The notes beneath the pieces were generated by a model. The model saw only the letters and a list, made by a program, of their open reading frames with translations, was not told the origin of the DNA and searched no databases. 64,000 nucleotides of DNA from Alphaproteobacteria bacterium (GTDB lineage: Bacteria > Pseudomonadota > Alphaproteobacteria > UBA828), in contig OY763937.1 in assembly GCA_963667705.1 (NCBI GenBank), forward strand, positions 288,559 through 352,558. The letters are read 5' to 3'. Of the stretch, positions 54,921 through 64,000 are shown piece after piece. Numbering within the stretch: position 1 is the first letter of the stretch; every line of letters starts with the position of its first letter. The position numbers and the translations under genes are program-made.

Positions 54921-56180
54921 GTGTCCGCGCTAATCGCCCCGCACGGCGACGCCGGCCTGAAGCCCCTGCTGCTGCCGCGGGAGGCGCGGGACGAGGCGCT
55001 CAAGAGGGCGCGCACCCTGAAGCGGCTGCCGCTCTCGACCCGCGAGGTCTCGGACCTCTTCATGCTTGCCATGGGTGCGTATTCGCCGCTCACGGGCTTC
55101 ATGGGCGCGGCCGACTGGCGCGGCGCGTGCTTTGAGATGCGCCTGGAGGACGGGCTCTTCTGGCCGCTGCCCATCACCCTCTCCTGCGGCGAGGACGCAG
55201 CCCCCGCCGTCGGCGACGAGGTGGCGCTCGCCGATGCGGGCGGCGAGATCCTGGGCGTCCTCGCGGTCGCCGAGAGATACGCCATCGACAAGGCGCTTGA
55301 GTGCCGCGAGGTCTACCGCACCGACGACGAGGCCCACCCGGGCGTCGCCAAGGTCATGGCGCAGGGTGCGGTCAACCTGGCGGGCCCGGTCTCGGTTCTC
55401 TCCGAGGGTCACTTTCCCGAGACCTACGCGGGGCTCTACCTGCGCCCCGCCGAGACCCGGGCGCTCTTCACCGGGAAGGGCTGGGCGACGGTGGCCGCCT
55501 TCCAGACCCGCAACCCCATGCACCGCAGTCACGAGTTCCTCGCCAAGGTCGCCCTCGAGGCGTGCGACGGGGTGCTCATTCACCAGGTCCTGGGTGCGCT
55601 CAAGGCGGGCGACATCCCGGCCGAGGTCCGTATCCGCGCCATCGACTGGCTGGTCGCGAACCACTTTCCGCAAGGACGGGTGATCCAGGCCGGCTACCCC
55701 ATCGAGATGCGCTATGCCGGTCCGCGCGAGGCGCTCCTGCACGCTCTCCTGCGCCAGAACTTCGGCTGCTCGCACCTGGTGGTGGGGCGCGACCATGCCG
55801 GGCTCGGCGACTACTACGGGCCCTACGACGCGCAGCGCATCTTCGACGAGATCGACGCAGACAGCCTCGTCATCCGGCCGCTCAAGGTCGACGATACCTT
55901 CCATTGCTTCGACTGCGGGGGCATGGCGACGGGCAACGTGTGCTTCGCCGCCGGGGGCGGGAAGGACCCGGTAGGCGAGGAGGAGCGCCATCGTGCGGTG
56001 GCGGCGGTGGCGACGGGCGTCGCACCCGGTCGGCCCTGCCGCCTGGATGACGCCGGAAAGCTCCGCATCTCGGGCACCCGGCTGCGCGAGATGTTCGCGA
56101 ACGCCGAGGCGATCCCGCCCGAGTTCAGCCGCGAGGGCGTGCTCGCCATCCTCCGGGACCATTACGACGGCGCCCCGTGA
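54921..56180 (+). CDS. sat: Sulfate adenylyltransferase (ATP sulfurylase)
   Basis: FQTRNPMHRSH, YAGPREA, VGRDHAG, ISGT. Confidence 0.95.
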   Translation: MSALIAPHGDAGLKPLLLPREARDEALKRARTLKRLPLSTREVSDLFMLAMGAYSPLTGFMGAADWRGACFEMRLEDGLFWPLPITLSCGEDAAPAVGDEVALADAGGEILGVLAVAERYAIDKALECREVYRTDDEAHPGVAKVMAQGAVNLAGPVSVLSEGHFPETYAGLYLRPAETRALFTGKGWATVAAFQTRNPMHRSHEFLAKVALEACDGVLIHQVLGALKAGDIPAEVRIRAIDWLVANHFPQGRVIQAGYPIEMRYAGPREALLHALLRQNFGCSHLVVGRDHAGLGDYYGPYDAQRIFDEIDADSLVIRPLKVDDTFHCFDCGGMATGNVCFAAGGGKDPVGEEERHRAVAAVATGVAPGRPCRLDDAGKLRISGTRLREMFANAEAIPPEFSREGVLAILRDHYDGAP

Positions 56181-56253
56181 CGCTCTATGATGTCTGACGA
56201 GCAAGGCGGGCACGTGCGCGCCTGGCGCGGGCAGAAGGGAACGGAGGCGCATC

Positions 56254-57162
56254 ATGGCGGAGGTATCTTCAGGCGGGCGCGATCTCGTGGGCTACGGCGC
56301 GAACCCACCGGCAATCCCATGGCCGGGCGGAGCGCGGCTCGCAGTCTCGGTGGTGGTCAACTACGAGGAAGGCTCGGAGTATTCGCACGCCATGGGCGAT
56401 GCGCACCAGGAAGGGCTCACCGAGTTCGGCAGCTACTCGCTGCCCGAGGTCTACCGCAACCTCGCCATGGAATCGATGTTCGAGTACGGCTCCCGCGCCG
56501 GTGTCTGGCGTATCCTGCGCCTCTTCGAGGAGACCGGGATCACGTCCACCTTCTATGCCTGCGCCGTCGCCTTCGAGCAGAACCCGGAGGTCGCCCGCGC
56601 GGTTGTCGCCGGCGGCCACGAGGTGTGCAGCCACGGCTGGCGCTGGGAAGAGGTGTTCCGCCTCTCGCGGGAGGAGGAGCGCGAGCACATGCGGCTCGCC
56701 ATCGAATCCTTCGAGCGCACCTGCGGCAAGCGGCCGGTGGGCTGGTACTGCCGCTTCGGCCCCTCGGTCCACACCCGCGAGCTGGTGGTGGACGAAGGGG
56801 GCTTCATCTACGATTCCGACGCCTACAACGACGACCTGCCCTACTTCGTCGAGGTCTCGGGCAAGCGCCATCTGGTGGTGCCCTATACGTGCGATATCAA
56901 CGACTTCTCTTTCTGGACGGCGCCCGGCTTCCTCACCGCCGAACACTTCTATCAGTACGCGCGGGACAGCTTCGACACGCTCTACGCCGAATCCGCGACC
57001 TGCCCGAAGATGATGTCGATCGGGCTGCACGCCCGCATGATCGGCCGCCCGGGCCGGATCGGAGGACTGGCCCGCTTCATCGAGCACGCGCAAGGACACG
57101 AGGGCGTCTGGTTCGCGACGCGGGAGGAGATCGCCCGCCACTGGCTCGCCGCGGCAGGGTAG
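56254..57162 (+). CDS. Polysaccharide deacetylase family protein (PuuE-like)
   Basis: RDLVGYG, WPGGARLAV...NYEEG, EYGSRAG, SHGWRW, MMSIGLH..IGRPGR. Confidence 0.87.
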   Translation: MAEVSSGGRDLVGYGANPPAIPWPGGARLAVSVVVNYEEGSEYSHAMGDAHQEGLTEFGSYSLPEVYRNLAMESMFEYGSRAGVWRILRLFEETGITSTFYACAVAFEQNPEVARAVVAGGHEVCSHGWRWEEVFRLSREEEREHMRLAIESFERTCGKRPVGWYCRFGPSVHTRELVVDEGGFIYDSDAYNDDLPYFVEVSGKRHLVVPYTCDINDFSFWTAPGFLTAEHFYQYARDSFDTLYAESATCPKMMSIGLHARMIGRPGRIGGLARFIEHAQGHEGVWFATREEIARHWLAAAG

Positions 57163-57223
57163 TGCGCGTCCGTCTATGGTGGACGCGCGACGGGCGAGCG
57201 CAAGTTGATAGTTTACGAAATAA

Positions 57224-57436
57224 TATCAATATGTTGCGTGAAATTGGGTTCGTTTTGCAAAAGCGCTGCGCCGGCGCGAGAGCGGCGGGCCGCGGCGGCG
57301 ACCCGTGCCCTTTCCGCCGAGAAGGGACCCGCGCCGGCGCGGCACGCGACGGCGAGCCAAAGGCGACCGGGCGTGTGCGCGTTCCTCCATGTTATTCAAT
57401 GAAACAAATGGGTTATGCGAAATTGGCTTCGTTTTG
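57224..57436. repeat. Direct repeat GAAATTGG(G/C)TTCGTTTTG, each copy preceded by an IHF-like site
   Basis: Copies at 57240-57257 and 57419-57436 (17 of 18 identical); TATCAATATGTTG at 57224-57236 matches WATCAANNNNTTR exactly. Confidence 0.85.
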
Positions 57437-57791
57437 AAATTTCCTCTCTTCGGCATCGCTCCCTCGATCCGCAGCGCGCGCCGCGGCGGCGGCTGGTGTC
57501 GCGCAGGACGCACCCGCCGATTCGGTCCGCGCGCCGCGGGTCGGCCCGGATCGGCCCCGGACCGGATCGAGGCGGGAGTCCCTGGGCCGGGGCGCCGCTC
57601 GACCGGAGAGCGCCCGCTCGTCCACCATGCTGCCGCCCGGTCGCTTCTCCACCGCATGGCGCGACTCTGGCCCCGGCGCCGCGCACCGTGCACCGCACCA
57701 TGGTCCGGCTATCCTGTCGGCCGGACAGCGCCGCGCAAACCATGACCCTGGTGAGACATGCGGGCTAAAGCGGAAACGCCCAAGCCCCCCG

Positions 57792-58931
57792 TCACTTCGC
57801 CAGCAGGTGGCGGGCGACGATGAGGCGCATGATCTCGTTGGTGCCTTCGAGGATCTGGTGCACGCGCAGGTCGCGCAGGTGGCGCTCGATGGGGAAGTCC
57901 ATCAGGTAGCCGTAGCCGCCCAGCAGCTGCAGCGCCTGGTTGCAGACCTCGAAGCCCGTGTCGGTGGCGAAGCGCTTGGCCATGGCGGTCGCCGCGGTGG
58001 CGTCGGCGCCGTCCGCGTCCAGCGTCGCCGCGGCGCGTCGGATCAGCAGGCGGGCCGCCTCCAGGTTCGTCGCCATGTCGGCGAGCCTGAACTGCAGTGC
58101 CTGGAACTCCGCCAGCTTGCGGCCGAACTGCTCGCGCTGCAGCAGGTGGTCGCGGGCGATCTCCAGGCTCGCCTGGGCCGCGCCGATGGAACACGCGCCG
58201 ATGTTGATGCGCCCGCCGTCGAGCCCCGTCATGGCGATCCTGAAGCCCTGGCCTTCGGCACCGATCAGGTTCTCCGCCGGCACGCGGCAGTCCTCGAAGG
58301 TCACCATGGCGGTGGGCTGGCTGTGCCAGCCGAGCTTTTTCTCCTGCGCGCCGAAGCCGAGCCCCGGTGCATCGCGCTCCACCGCGATGCACGAGATGCC
58401 GTCGGCGCCCTGCCCGCCGGTCCGCACCATGCAGACATAGATGTCGGCATGGCCGCCGCCGGAGATGAAGGCCTTGGTGCCGTTCAGCACGTAGTGCTCG
58501 CCGTCAAGCCGCGCGCTGGTGCGGAGCGAGGCGGCGTCGGAGCCCGAGCCCGGCTCGGTGAGGCAGTAGGCCGCGAAGTGTTCCATGCTAGCGAGCTGGG
58601 GCAGGAAGCGGCGGCGCTGCGCGTCCGCGCCGAAACAGTCGATCATCCAGGACGCCATGTTGTGGATGGAGATGTAGGCGGCGGTCGACGCGCAGCCCCG
58701 CGCCAGCCCTTCGAAGATCAGCGCGGCGTCCAGCCGCGTCAGGTTCGAGCCGCCGACATCGTCGCGCACGCAGATGCCGCCGAAGCCGAGCGCTGCGGCC
58801 TGGCGCAGCGCATCGATGGGGAAGGTGCAGTCGCGGTCCCACGCTGCGGCATGGGGCGCGAGCTCGTTCTCGGCGAAGTCCTGCGCGAGCGCGCGGAACG
58901 CCTCCTGCTCTTCCGAGAGGGTGAAGTCCAT
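57792..58931 (-). CDS. Acyl-CoA dehydrogenase (isobutyryl-CoA dehydrogenase-like)
   Basis: [41 protein letters not shown]. Confidence 0.92.
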   Translation of the reverse strand: MDFTLSEEQEAFRALAQDFAENELAPHAAAWDRDCTFPIDALRQAAALGFGGICVRDDVGGSNLTRLDAALIFEGLARGCASTAAYISIHNMASWMIDCFGADAQRRRFLPQLASMEHFAAYCLTEPGSGSDAASLRTSARLDGEHYVLNGTKAFISGGGHADIYVCMVRTGGQGADGISCIAVERDAPGLGFGAQEKKLGWHSQPTAMVTFEDCRVPAENLIGAEGQGFRIAMTGLDGGRINIGACSIGAAQASLEIARDHLLQREQFGRKLAEFQALQFRLADMATNLEAARLLIRRAAATLDADGADATAATAMAKRFATDTGFEVCNQALQLLGGYGYLMDFPIERHLRDLRVHQILEGTNEIMRLIVARHLLAK

Positions 58932-58938
58932 GGCCCGC

Positions 58939-60033
58939 CTAGCTTAGCGAGCGTCGGCGCGCCTCGGCGAGGCGAAATATCAGCGGGGCCGCGATCACGA
59001 TCAGGATGATGCGCGCGACGTGGTGGGTCGAGACGAAGGCCGCGGCGCTGCCGAAGGTGAGCGCGATCAGGCTCATCTCCGCGAGCCCGCCCGGCGCCAG
59101 CGCGAGAAAGAGGGCCGAGCCCGCGAGGTCGGTGGCGGCGCCGAGCCCGTGGGCCGCGCCGGCCGCGATCAGCACCATCAGCACCGCGACGAGCGCGGCG
59201 AGCAGCATCACCCGCCAGAGCTCCCGAAGCGCCATGCCGACGAAGCGCGCGCCGATGGCACCGCCCAGAACCACCTGGGCGGCCGCCACCAGCTCGCCAG
59301 GCGGCTGGGCCGAGACCAGTCCGCTCAGGTGCAACGCGGCGCTTAGCACCAGCGGCCCAACGAGCTGGGCCGCCGGCACGCGCAGCGCCTTGGCCGCCGG
59401 GTAGCCGACGAAGGCGCAGGCCACCAGCGCGACGAGGTCGACCCAGGAGGCCCCGCCGCCCGCCGGCACCGGCAGGCCCACCGGCTCGTAGCCCTCCACC
59501 AGGCGGTAGTAGAAGGCGATGAGGAACACCGCGACGAGGATGCGCGTGCCGTGGGTGAGCGAGATCTTGCGTCCGTCGCCGCCCATGCTCTCGCCGAGCA
59601 CCATCATCTCGCTGAGCCCGCCCGGCATGGAGGCGAAGTAGGCGGTCGCCCGGTCGTAGCCGCCGATCCTGCGGAAGACGGCGTAGGCCATGGCCGCCGT
59701 CGCCACCGTGGACAGCACCACGCCCGAGAGCCCCACGTACCAGTCGGCAATGCGGGCGAAGAGGTCGAGCGTGAACTGGCTGCCGAGCAGCACGCCCAGG
59801 ATCGCGATCATGGCGTTGCGGACGGCGGGCGGCACCTGCAGCGGCGCGCCGGCGAGCGCGGCCGCCGTCGCCGCGGTCATGGCGCCCAGCATCCAGGGCA
59901 GAGGCAGGGCCAGCGCATGAAAGACCGCGCCGCCTGCGGCGCCGAGGCCGATGGCGAGCGCGAAGCGCTGCGCCGCCACGCGCAGGTTCGCGGCGCGGAC
60001 GCCGCCGAGGAAGGGGGGGTTCTCCCGCTTCAC
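58939..60033 (-). CDS. AbrB-type duplicated membrane protein
   Basis: LPLPWMLG and two PGGLxEM motifs; start uncertain (GTG 60033). Confidence 0.85.
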   Translation of the reverse strand: MKRENPPFLGGVRAANLRVAAQRFALAIGLGAAGGAVFHALALPLPWMLGAMTAATAAALAGAPLQVPPAVRNAMIAILGVLLGSQFTLDLFARIADWYVGLSGVVLSTVATAAMAYAVFRRIGGYDRATAYFASMPGGLSEMMVLGESMGGDGRKISLTHGTRILVAVFLIAFYYRLVEGYEPVGLPVPAGGGASWVDLVALVACAFVGYPAAKALRVPAAQLVGPLVLSAALHLSGLVSAQPPGELVAAAQVVLGGAIGARFVGMALRELWRVMLLAALVAVLMVLIAAGAAHGLGAATDLAGSALFLALAPGGLAEMSLIALTFGSAAAFVSTHHVARIILIVIAAPLIFRLAEARRRSLS

Positions 60034-60100
60034 GGATCGCGCCGGCGCGAGGCACGGCCGGGACTGCGAGGGGAGCACACGGGGAGCCGGGGACGCTCTC

Positions 60101-60868
60101 TCAGGGTGTGAACTGCTCGCTGAGGATGCGCTCGGTGAGACTGTGCTCGGGGTCGAACAGCAGGTGGATCGCCGTCGCGTGATCGACCGCAACCTCGACC
60201 GAGGCCACGTCGCGCACCTCGGTGTAGTCGGCGACCGCACTGACCGGGCGCTTGTCGTGCTCGATCACTTCGAGCCTGACGGTCGCCTCGTGCAGCAGCA
60301 GCGCGCCGCGCCAGCGCCGCGGCCTGAAGGCGCTGATCGGCGTGAGCGCCAGGATGTTGGCGCCGAGCGGGATGATGGGGCCGTGGGCGGAGAGGTTGTA
60401 GGCGGTGCTGCCCGCGGGCGTCGCCACCAGCACCCCGTCGCAGATGAGCTCGTCCACGCGCACGACGCCGTCCACGCTGATTCTGATCTTCGCGGCCTGG
60501 CGGGTCTCGCGCAGCATCGAGACCTCGTTGATGGCGAGCGCCTCGCGCGTCTCGCCGTGGATCGTCGCCGCCCGCATGCGGAGCGGATGGAGCGTCGTGC
60601 CGTGCGCGCGTTCCAGCCGCGCCGGCAGATCCTCGAGCGAGAACGCGTTCATCAGGAAGCCGACTGTGCCCCGGCTCATGCCGTAGATCGGCGTGCCCTG
60701 GCTCAGGAAGCGGTGCTGCGTCTCCAGCATGAAGCCGTCGCCACCCAAAGCGATGACGACGTCGGCCTCAGCCGGCTCGGCGAGAGAATAGCGGGCGGCG
60801 ACCTCGGCAAGCGCGGCCTGGGCATCGGCGGCGCTGGATGCGACAGCGGCCATCCTCCGGTAACGCAT
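60101..60868 (-). CDS. NAD kinase
   Basis: [39 protein letters not shown]. Confidence 0.94.
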   Translation of the reverse strand: MRYRRMAAVASSAADAQAALAEVAARYSLAEPAEADVVIALGGDGFMLETQHRFLSQGTPIYGMSRGTVGFLMNAFSLEDLPARLERAHGTTLHPLRMRAATIHGETREALAINEVSMLRETRQAAKIRISVDGVVRVDELICDGVLVATPAGSTAYNLSAHGPIIPLGANILALTPISAFRPRRWRGALLLHEATVRLEVIEHDKRPVSAVADYTEVRDVASVEVAVDHATAIHLLFDPEHSLTERILSEQFTP

Positions 60869-60915
60869 GGAATCCCCCGATGGGCGGCGCGGGGCTCGGG
60901 CTGGGCGGCGGCGGC

Positions 60916-61908
60916 TCAGCCGCCGGTCACGCTCATGTGGCGGCCGACCGCAGGGCGCGTGTGTCGGCGGTCGATGATGAAGTCGTGGCCCTTGGGCTTG
61001 CGCCCGATCGCTTCGTGGATCGCGGCGATCAGCGCCCCATCGCTCTCGCTCCGGCGCAGCGGCGTGCGCAGGTCGGCCGCGTCCTCCTGACCGAGGCACA
61101 TGTAGAGCGTGCCGGTGCAGGTGAGCCGCACCCGGTTGCAGGATTCGCAGAAGTTGTGGGTGAGCGGCGTGATGAAGCCGAGGCGCTGGCCGGTTTCGCG
61201 CACGGTGACGTAGCGCGCGGGCCCGCCGGTGCGGTGGTCGCTCTCGTCCAGCGTCCAGCGCTTGCGCAGGCGCGCGCGCACCATGGAGAGCGGCAGGTAG
61301 TGCTCGGTGCGGTCGCCGTCGATCTCGCCCAAGGGCATGGTCTCGATGAAGGTGAGGTCGTGGCCCTGCGTCCCGCACCAGATGACCAGGTCCTCGATCT
61401 CGTCCTCGTTGACGCCGCGCAGCGCCACGGTGTTGATCTTGACCTTGAGTCCCGCCGCCTGCGCCGCCTCGATCCCCGCCATCACCTGCTCCAGCCGGCC
61501 CCAGCGGGTGATCTGCGCGAACTTGTCGGGATCGCGGGTGTCGAGGGAGATGTTCACCCGGCGCACGCCGGCGGCATGGAGGCGTTCCGCATGGCGCGGA
61601 AGCTGGCTGCCGTTGGTGGTGAGCGTCAGCTCGTCGAGCGCGCCGCTCCGCAGGTGCCGGCCCAGGCTCTCGAACAGCCCGATCACGCCCTTGCGCACCA
61701 GCGGCTCGCCGCCGGTGATGCGAAGCTTGCGCACGCCGAGGCCGACGAAGGCGCTGCACAGGCGGTCGAGCTCCTCCAGCGTCAGCAGCTCCGCCTTGGG
61801 CAGGAAGCTCATGTGCTCGGACATGCAGTAGACGCAGCGGAAGTCGCAGCGGTCCGTGACCGAGACCCGCAGGTAGGTGACGTGGCGCTCGAATGGGTCG
61901 ATCAACAT
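60916..61908 (-). CDS. moaA: GTP 3',8-cyclase MoaA
   Basis: [20 protein letters not shown]...C and C-terminal GG. Confidence 0.97.
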   Translation of the reverse strand: MLIDPFERHVTYLRVSVTDRCDFRCVYCMSEHMSFLPKAELLTLEELDRLCSAFVGLGVRKLRITGGEPLVRKGVIGLFESLGRHLRSGALDELTLTTNGSQLPRHAERLHAAGVRRVNISLDTRDPDKFAQITRWGRLEQVMAGIEAAQAAGLKVKINTVALRGVNEDEIEDLVIWCGTQGHDLTFIETMPLGEIDGDRTEHYLPLSMVRARLRKRWTLDESDHRTGGPARYVTVRETGQRLGFITPLTHNFCESCNRVRLTCTGTLYMCLGQEDAADLRTPLRRSESDGALIAAIHEAIGRKPKGHDFIIDRRHTRPAVGRHMSVTGG

Positions 61909-62077
61909 GGCTCCTGCTCCGCGGGCAGGGGGGTGGCACCGCCCCTCGCCCGGCGCCATATTACGCGATATTGCCTTGGGGCCGCGAATTTCTCGTGCGG
62001 AATTTGGGTCAAAATTGCGCGATTGCCCGCGTGCCGCTGCTAGAATCGCGCGGCACGGGCATGGCGGAGGCTGGACG

Positions 62078-63094
62078 ATGGCGCGCTCGGTGGTTCCGGT
62101 GATCGATATCGCACCCTTCCTCGCCGGCGGGCGGGCGGACAAGGCGCGCATCGCGGCAGAGGTCGATGATGCCTGCCGCGAGATCGGCTTCCTCGTGATC
62201 GAGGGCCACGGCGTGGCGGCGGTACGGATCGAAGAGATGCGCGCGGTCACCCGCGCCTTCTTCGCGCTGCCGCACTGGGAGAAGCTGCGGGTCAAGATGC
62301 CGCCGGGCCGCTACCGCGGGCTCATGACCGTGGGCAGCGAGGACGTGGCCTACAGCATGGACGAGGACGAGAACGCGCCTGACTGGCGCGAGAGCTTCGT
62401 CACCGGGCCGCACGACCATGCCTACGACGAATACCACTACGGCGCGGAGGGATGGCGCTTCTTCGCCGCCAACCTGTGGCCCGACCGGCCGGCGGAGATG
62501 CGCCCGCTTTGGGAGGCCTACTACGGCGTGATGGAGCGGCTGGCCGCGGACCTGATGCGCATCTTCGCCGTTGCGCTGGGCCTCGACGAGCAATTCTTCG
62601 CCGACAAGATCGACCGCCACATCACCAACTTCATCGCCTCCTACTACCCGCCGCAGCCGACCCCACCGGCGCCCGGCCAGCTCCGCTGCGGTCCGCATGC
62701 GGACTACGGCAGCCTCACCATCGTCTCGTCCGACACCGACGTCGGCGGGCTCCAGGTGCTGGGGCGGGACGGCGCCTGGGTCGACGTGCCCTGCATCCCC
62801 GGCACCTTCGTCATCAACCTCGGCGACCTGATGGCGGAATGGACCAACGACCGCTGGCGCTCCACCCTGCACCGCGTCGTCAACCCGCCGCGCACGGAAG
62901 CAGACAGCAGCCGGCTCTCGCTGCTCTTCTTCCACCAGCCCAACTATGACGCCGTGATCGAGTGCATCCCGAGCTGCACCGACAGGGCCAGCCCGCCGCG
63001 CTACGAGCCCATCACCTCGGGCGCCCACGTCGCGCGCAAGATCGACCTGAGCCGCCGGCCGCTGCTCGACGGCGCGGCAGAGGCCGCGGGATAG
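62078..63094 (+). CDS. 2OG/Fe(II) oxygenase, isopenicillin N synthase family
   Basis: PVIDI, HADYG, H(RV) and RLS motifs. Confidence 0.9.
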   Translation: MARSVVPVIDIAPFLAGGRADKARIAAEVDDACREIGFLVIEGHGVAAVRIEEMRAVTRAFFALPHWEKLRVKMPPGRYRGLMTVGSEDVAYSMDEDENAPDWRESFVTGPHDHAYDEYHYGAEGWRFFAANLWPDRPAEMRPLWEAYYGVMERLAADLMRIFAVALGLDEQFFADKIDRHITNFIASYYPPQPTPPAPGQLRCGPHADYGSLTIVSSDTDVGGLQVLGRDGAWVDVPCIPGTFVINLGDLMAEWTNDRWRSTLHRVVNPPRTEADSSRLSLLFFHQPNYDAVIECIPSCTDRASPPRYEPITSGAHVARKIDLSRRPLLDGAAEAAG

Positions 63095-63189
63095 CGGCGG
63101 GGCGGCGGGTCCCGCGCGTCGCGCTTGACTCGAGGCCGGTGGGCCGCATGGTGCAGACCCGGCGGCAACGAGACGGAAGGGAGGCAGCC

Positions 63190-64000
63190 GTGGCCGAGGA
63201 TTCAGGGCAGGGCGCCCACGATCAGATCGACGAGGCGCTGGCACGGCTCAAGCGCGACGGCATCCAGCATGTCCGCTTCGAGCTGCCCGACATGCACGGT
63301 TCCGCCCGCTCCAAGCAGGTGCCGGTGGAGCAGTTCGCCGCCACCGCGCGCGCAGGGCTCAACATGTACGGCGGCATCGTCTCGCTCGACACCGCCTCGC
63401 ACGTGATCCCCGGCACCCTCTACAACGAGGAGGTCAAGTACAAGGACCAGACCCTGCGCCCCGACCTCGCGACGCTCGCGCCGGTGCCTTGGCTCGACGG
63501 CATGGCGAAGGTCATCTGCGATACCGCGTGGGAGGACGGCACGCCGCTCCACGCCGCCCCCCGCCACGTCGCGCGCCGCATGCTGGAGCGCGCCGCCGCG
63601 CTCGGCTTCGGCATCCAGAGCGCGCACGAGTACGAGTTCTACGTGCTCGACCGGGAGACGCACCAGCCGCTCTTCGGCGGCCTCCACATCTTCAACAACC
63701 TGCGCAACGAGCACCTGCCGGCGGTCCGCCAGGTGGTCGACGGCCTGCGCGCGGCCGGCATCCCGATGCTGACGGCCAACGCCGAGTACGCCCCCTCGCA
63801 GTACGAGCTGGTCTACAGTCACGCCGAGGGGCTGGCCGGCATCGACAACGCCTTCACCTTCAAGAACGGCGTCAAGGAGATCATGCAGCACGCGGGCCTC
63901 TGCGCGACCTTCATGGGCAAGCCGTCTGCGGACTCGGCCGGCTCCGGCTGCCACTACCACATCAGCCTGTTCGATCGTGAGAGCGGCCAAAGCGCCTTCT
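63190..64000 (+). CDS. Glutamine synthetase family protein (gamma-glutamyl-amine ligase-like), partial
   Basis: Manual translation: FELPDMHGSARSK, EYEFY, EYAPSQYE, ATFMGKP, GSGCHYHISL; open to the window end. Confidence 0.88.
   Translation, partial: MAEDSGQGAHDQIDEALARLKRDGIQHVRFELPDMHGSARSKQVPVEQFAATARAGLNMYGGIVSLDTASHVIPGTLYNEEVKYKDQTLRPDLATLAPVPWLDGMAKVICDTAWEDGTPLHAAPRHVARRMLERAAALGFGIQSAHEYEFYVLDRETHQPLFGGLHIFNNLRNEHLPAVRQVVDGLRAAGIPMLTANAEYAPSQYELVYSHAEGLAGIDNAFTFKNGVKEIMQHAGLCATFMGKPSADSAGSGCHYHISLFDRESGQSAF

Noticed and set aside
52587-56180. Dissimilatory sulfate reduction
   Set aside because: An AprM anchor rather than Qmo, no dsr genes in the window, and oxygenases nearby all point to the oxidative direction.
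57205-57768. Short ORFs in the 57.2-57.8 kb gap, and a CRISPR interpretation of the repeats
   Set aside because: The ORFs are low-complexity and mutually overlapping. Two repeat copies 179 bp apart with no cas genes do not make an array.
58939-60033. 'Ammonia monooxygenase' label often given to AbrB-type membrane proteins
   Set aside because: No AmoA/B/C features; the label is not evidence of nitrification.
61909-62077. Moco riboswitch upstream of moaA
   Set aside because: I could not recognise the conserved elements by eye; an Rfam scan would settle it.

Overview
Very GC-rich alphaproteobacterial chromosome segment, probably Rhodospirillales sensu lato (inferred from gene order). It very likely spans the replication origin: dnaQ-coaE-aroE-maf-DUF299 <- oriC -> hemE-hemH-hemJ-dcd-rho, followed by a convergent mnmE-mnmG-rsmG(parS)-parA-parB block. 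Other housekeeping genes are fused trpE(G), sucCDAB-lpdA, an NAD kinase and moaA. Accessory content: an uncharacterised MsrQ-like/Rieske fusion operon divergent from a cytochrome P450; a class II Fic gene with twin operators; an orphan m4C-type methyltransferase; a six-gene hydantoinase/carboxylase-like catabolic cluster with several atypical active sites; and aprM-aprB-aprA-sat (oxidative-type APS pathway) behind a perfect 14-bp palindrome. Two unexplained non-coding elements pair short repeats with IHF-like sites (16.3 kb and 57.2-57.6 kb). No rRNA, tRNA, CRISPR array or transposase was recognised. All calls come from reading motifs by eye; no database search was run.
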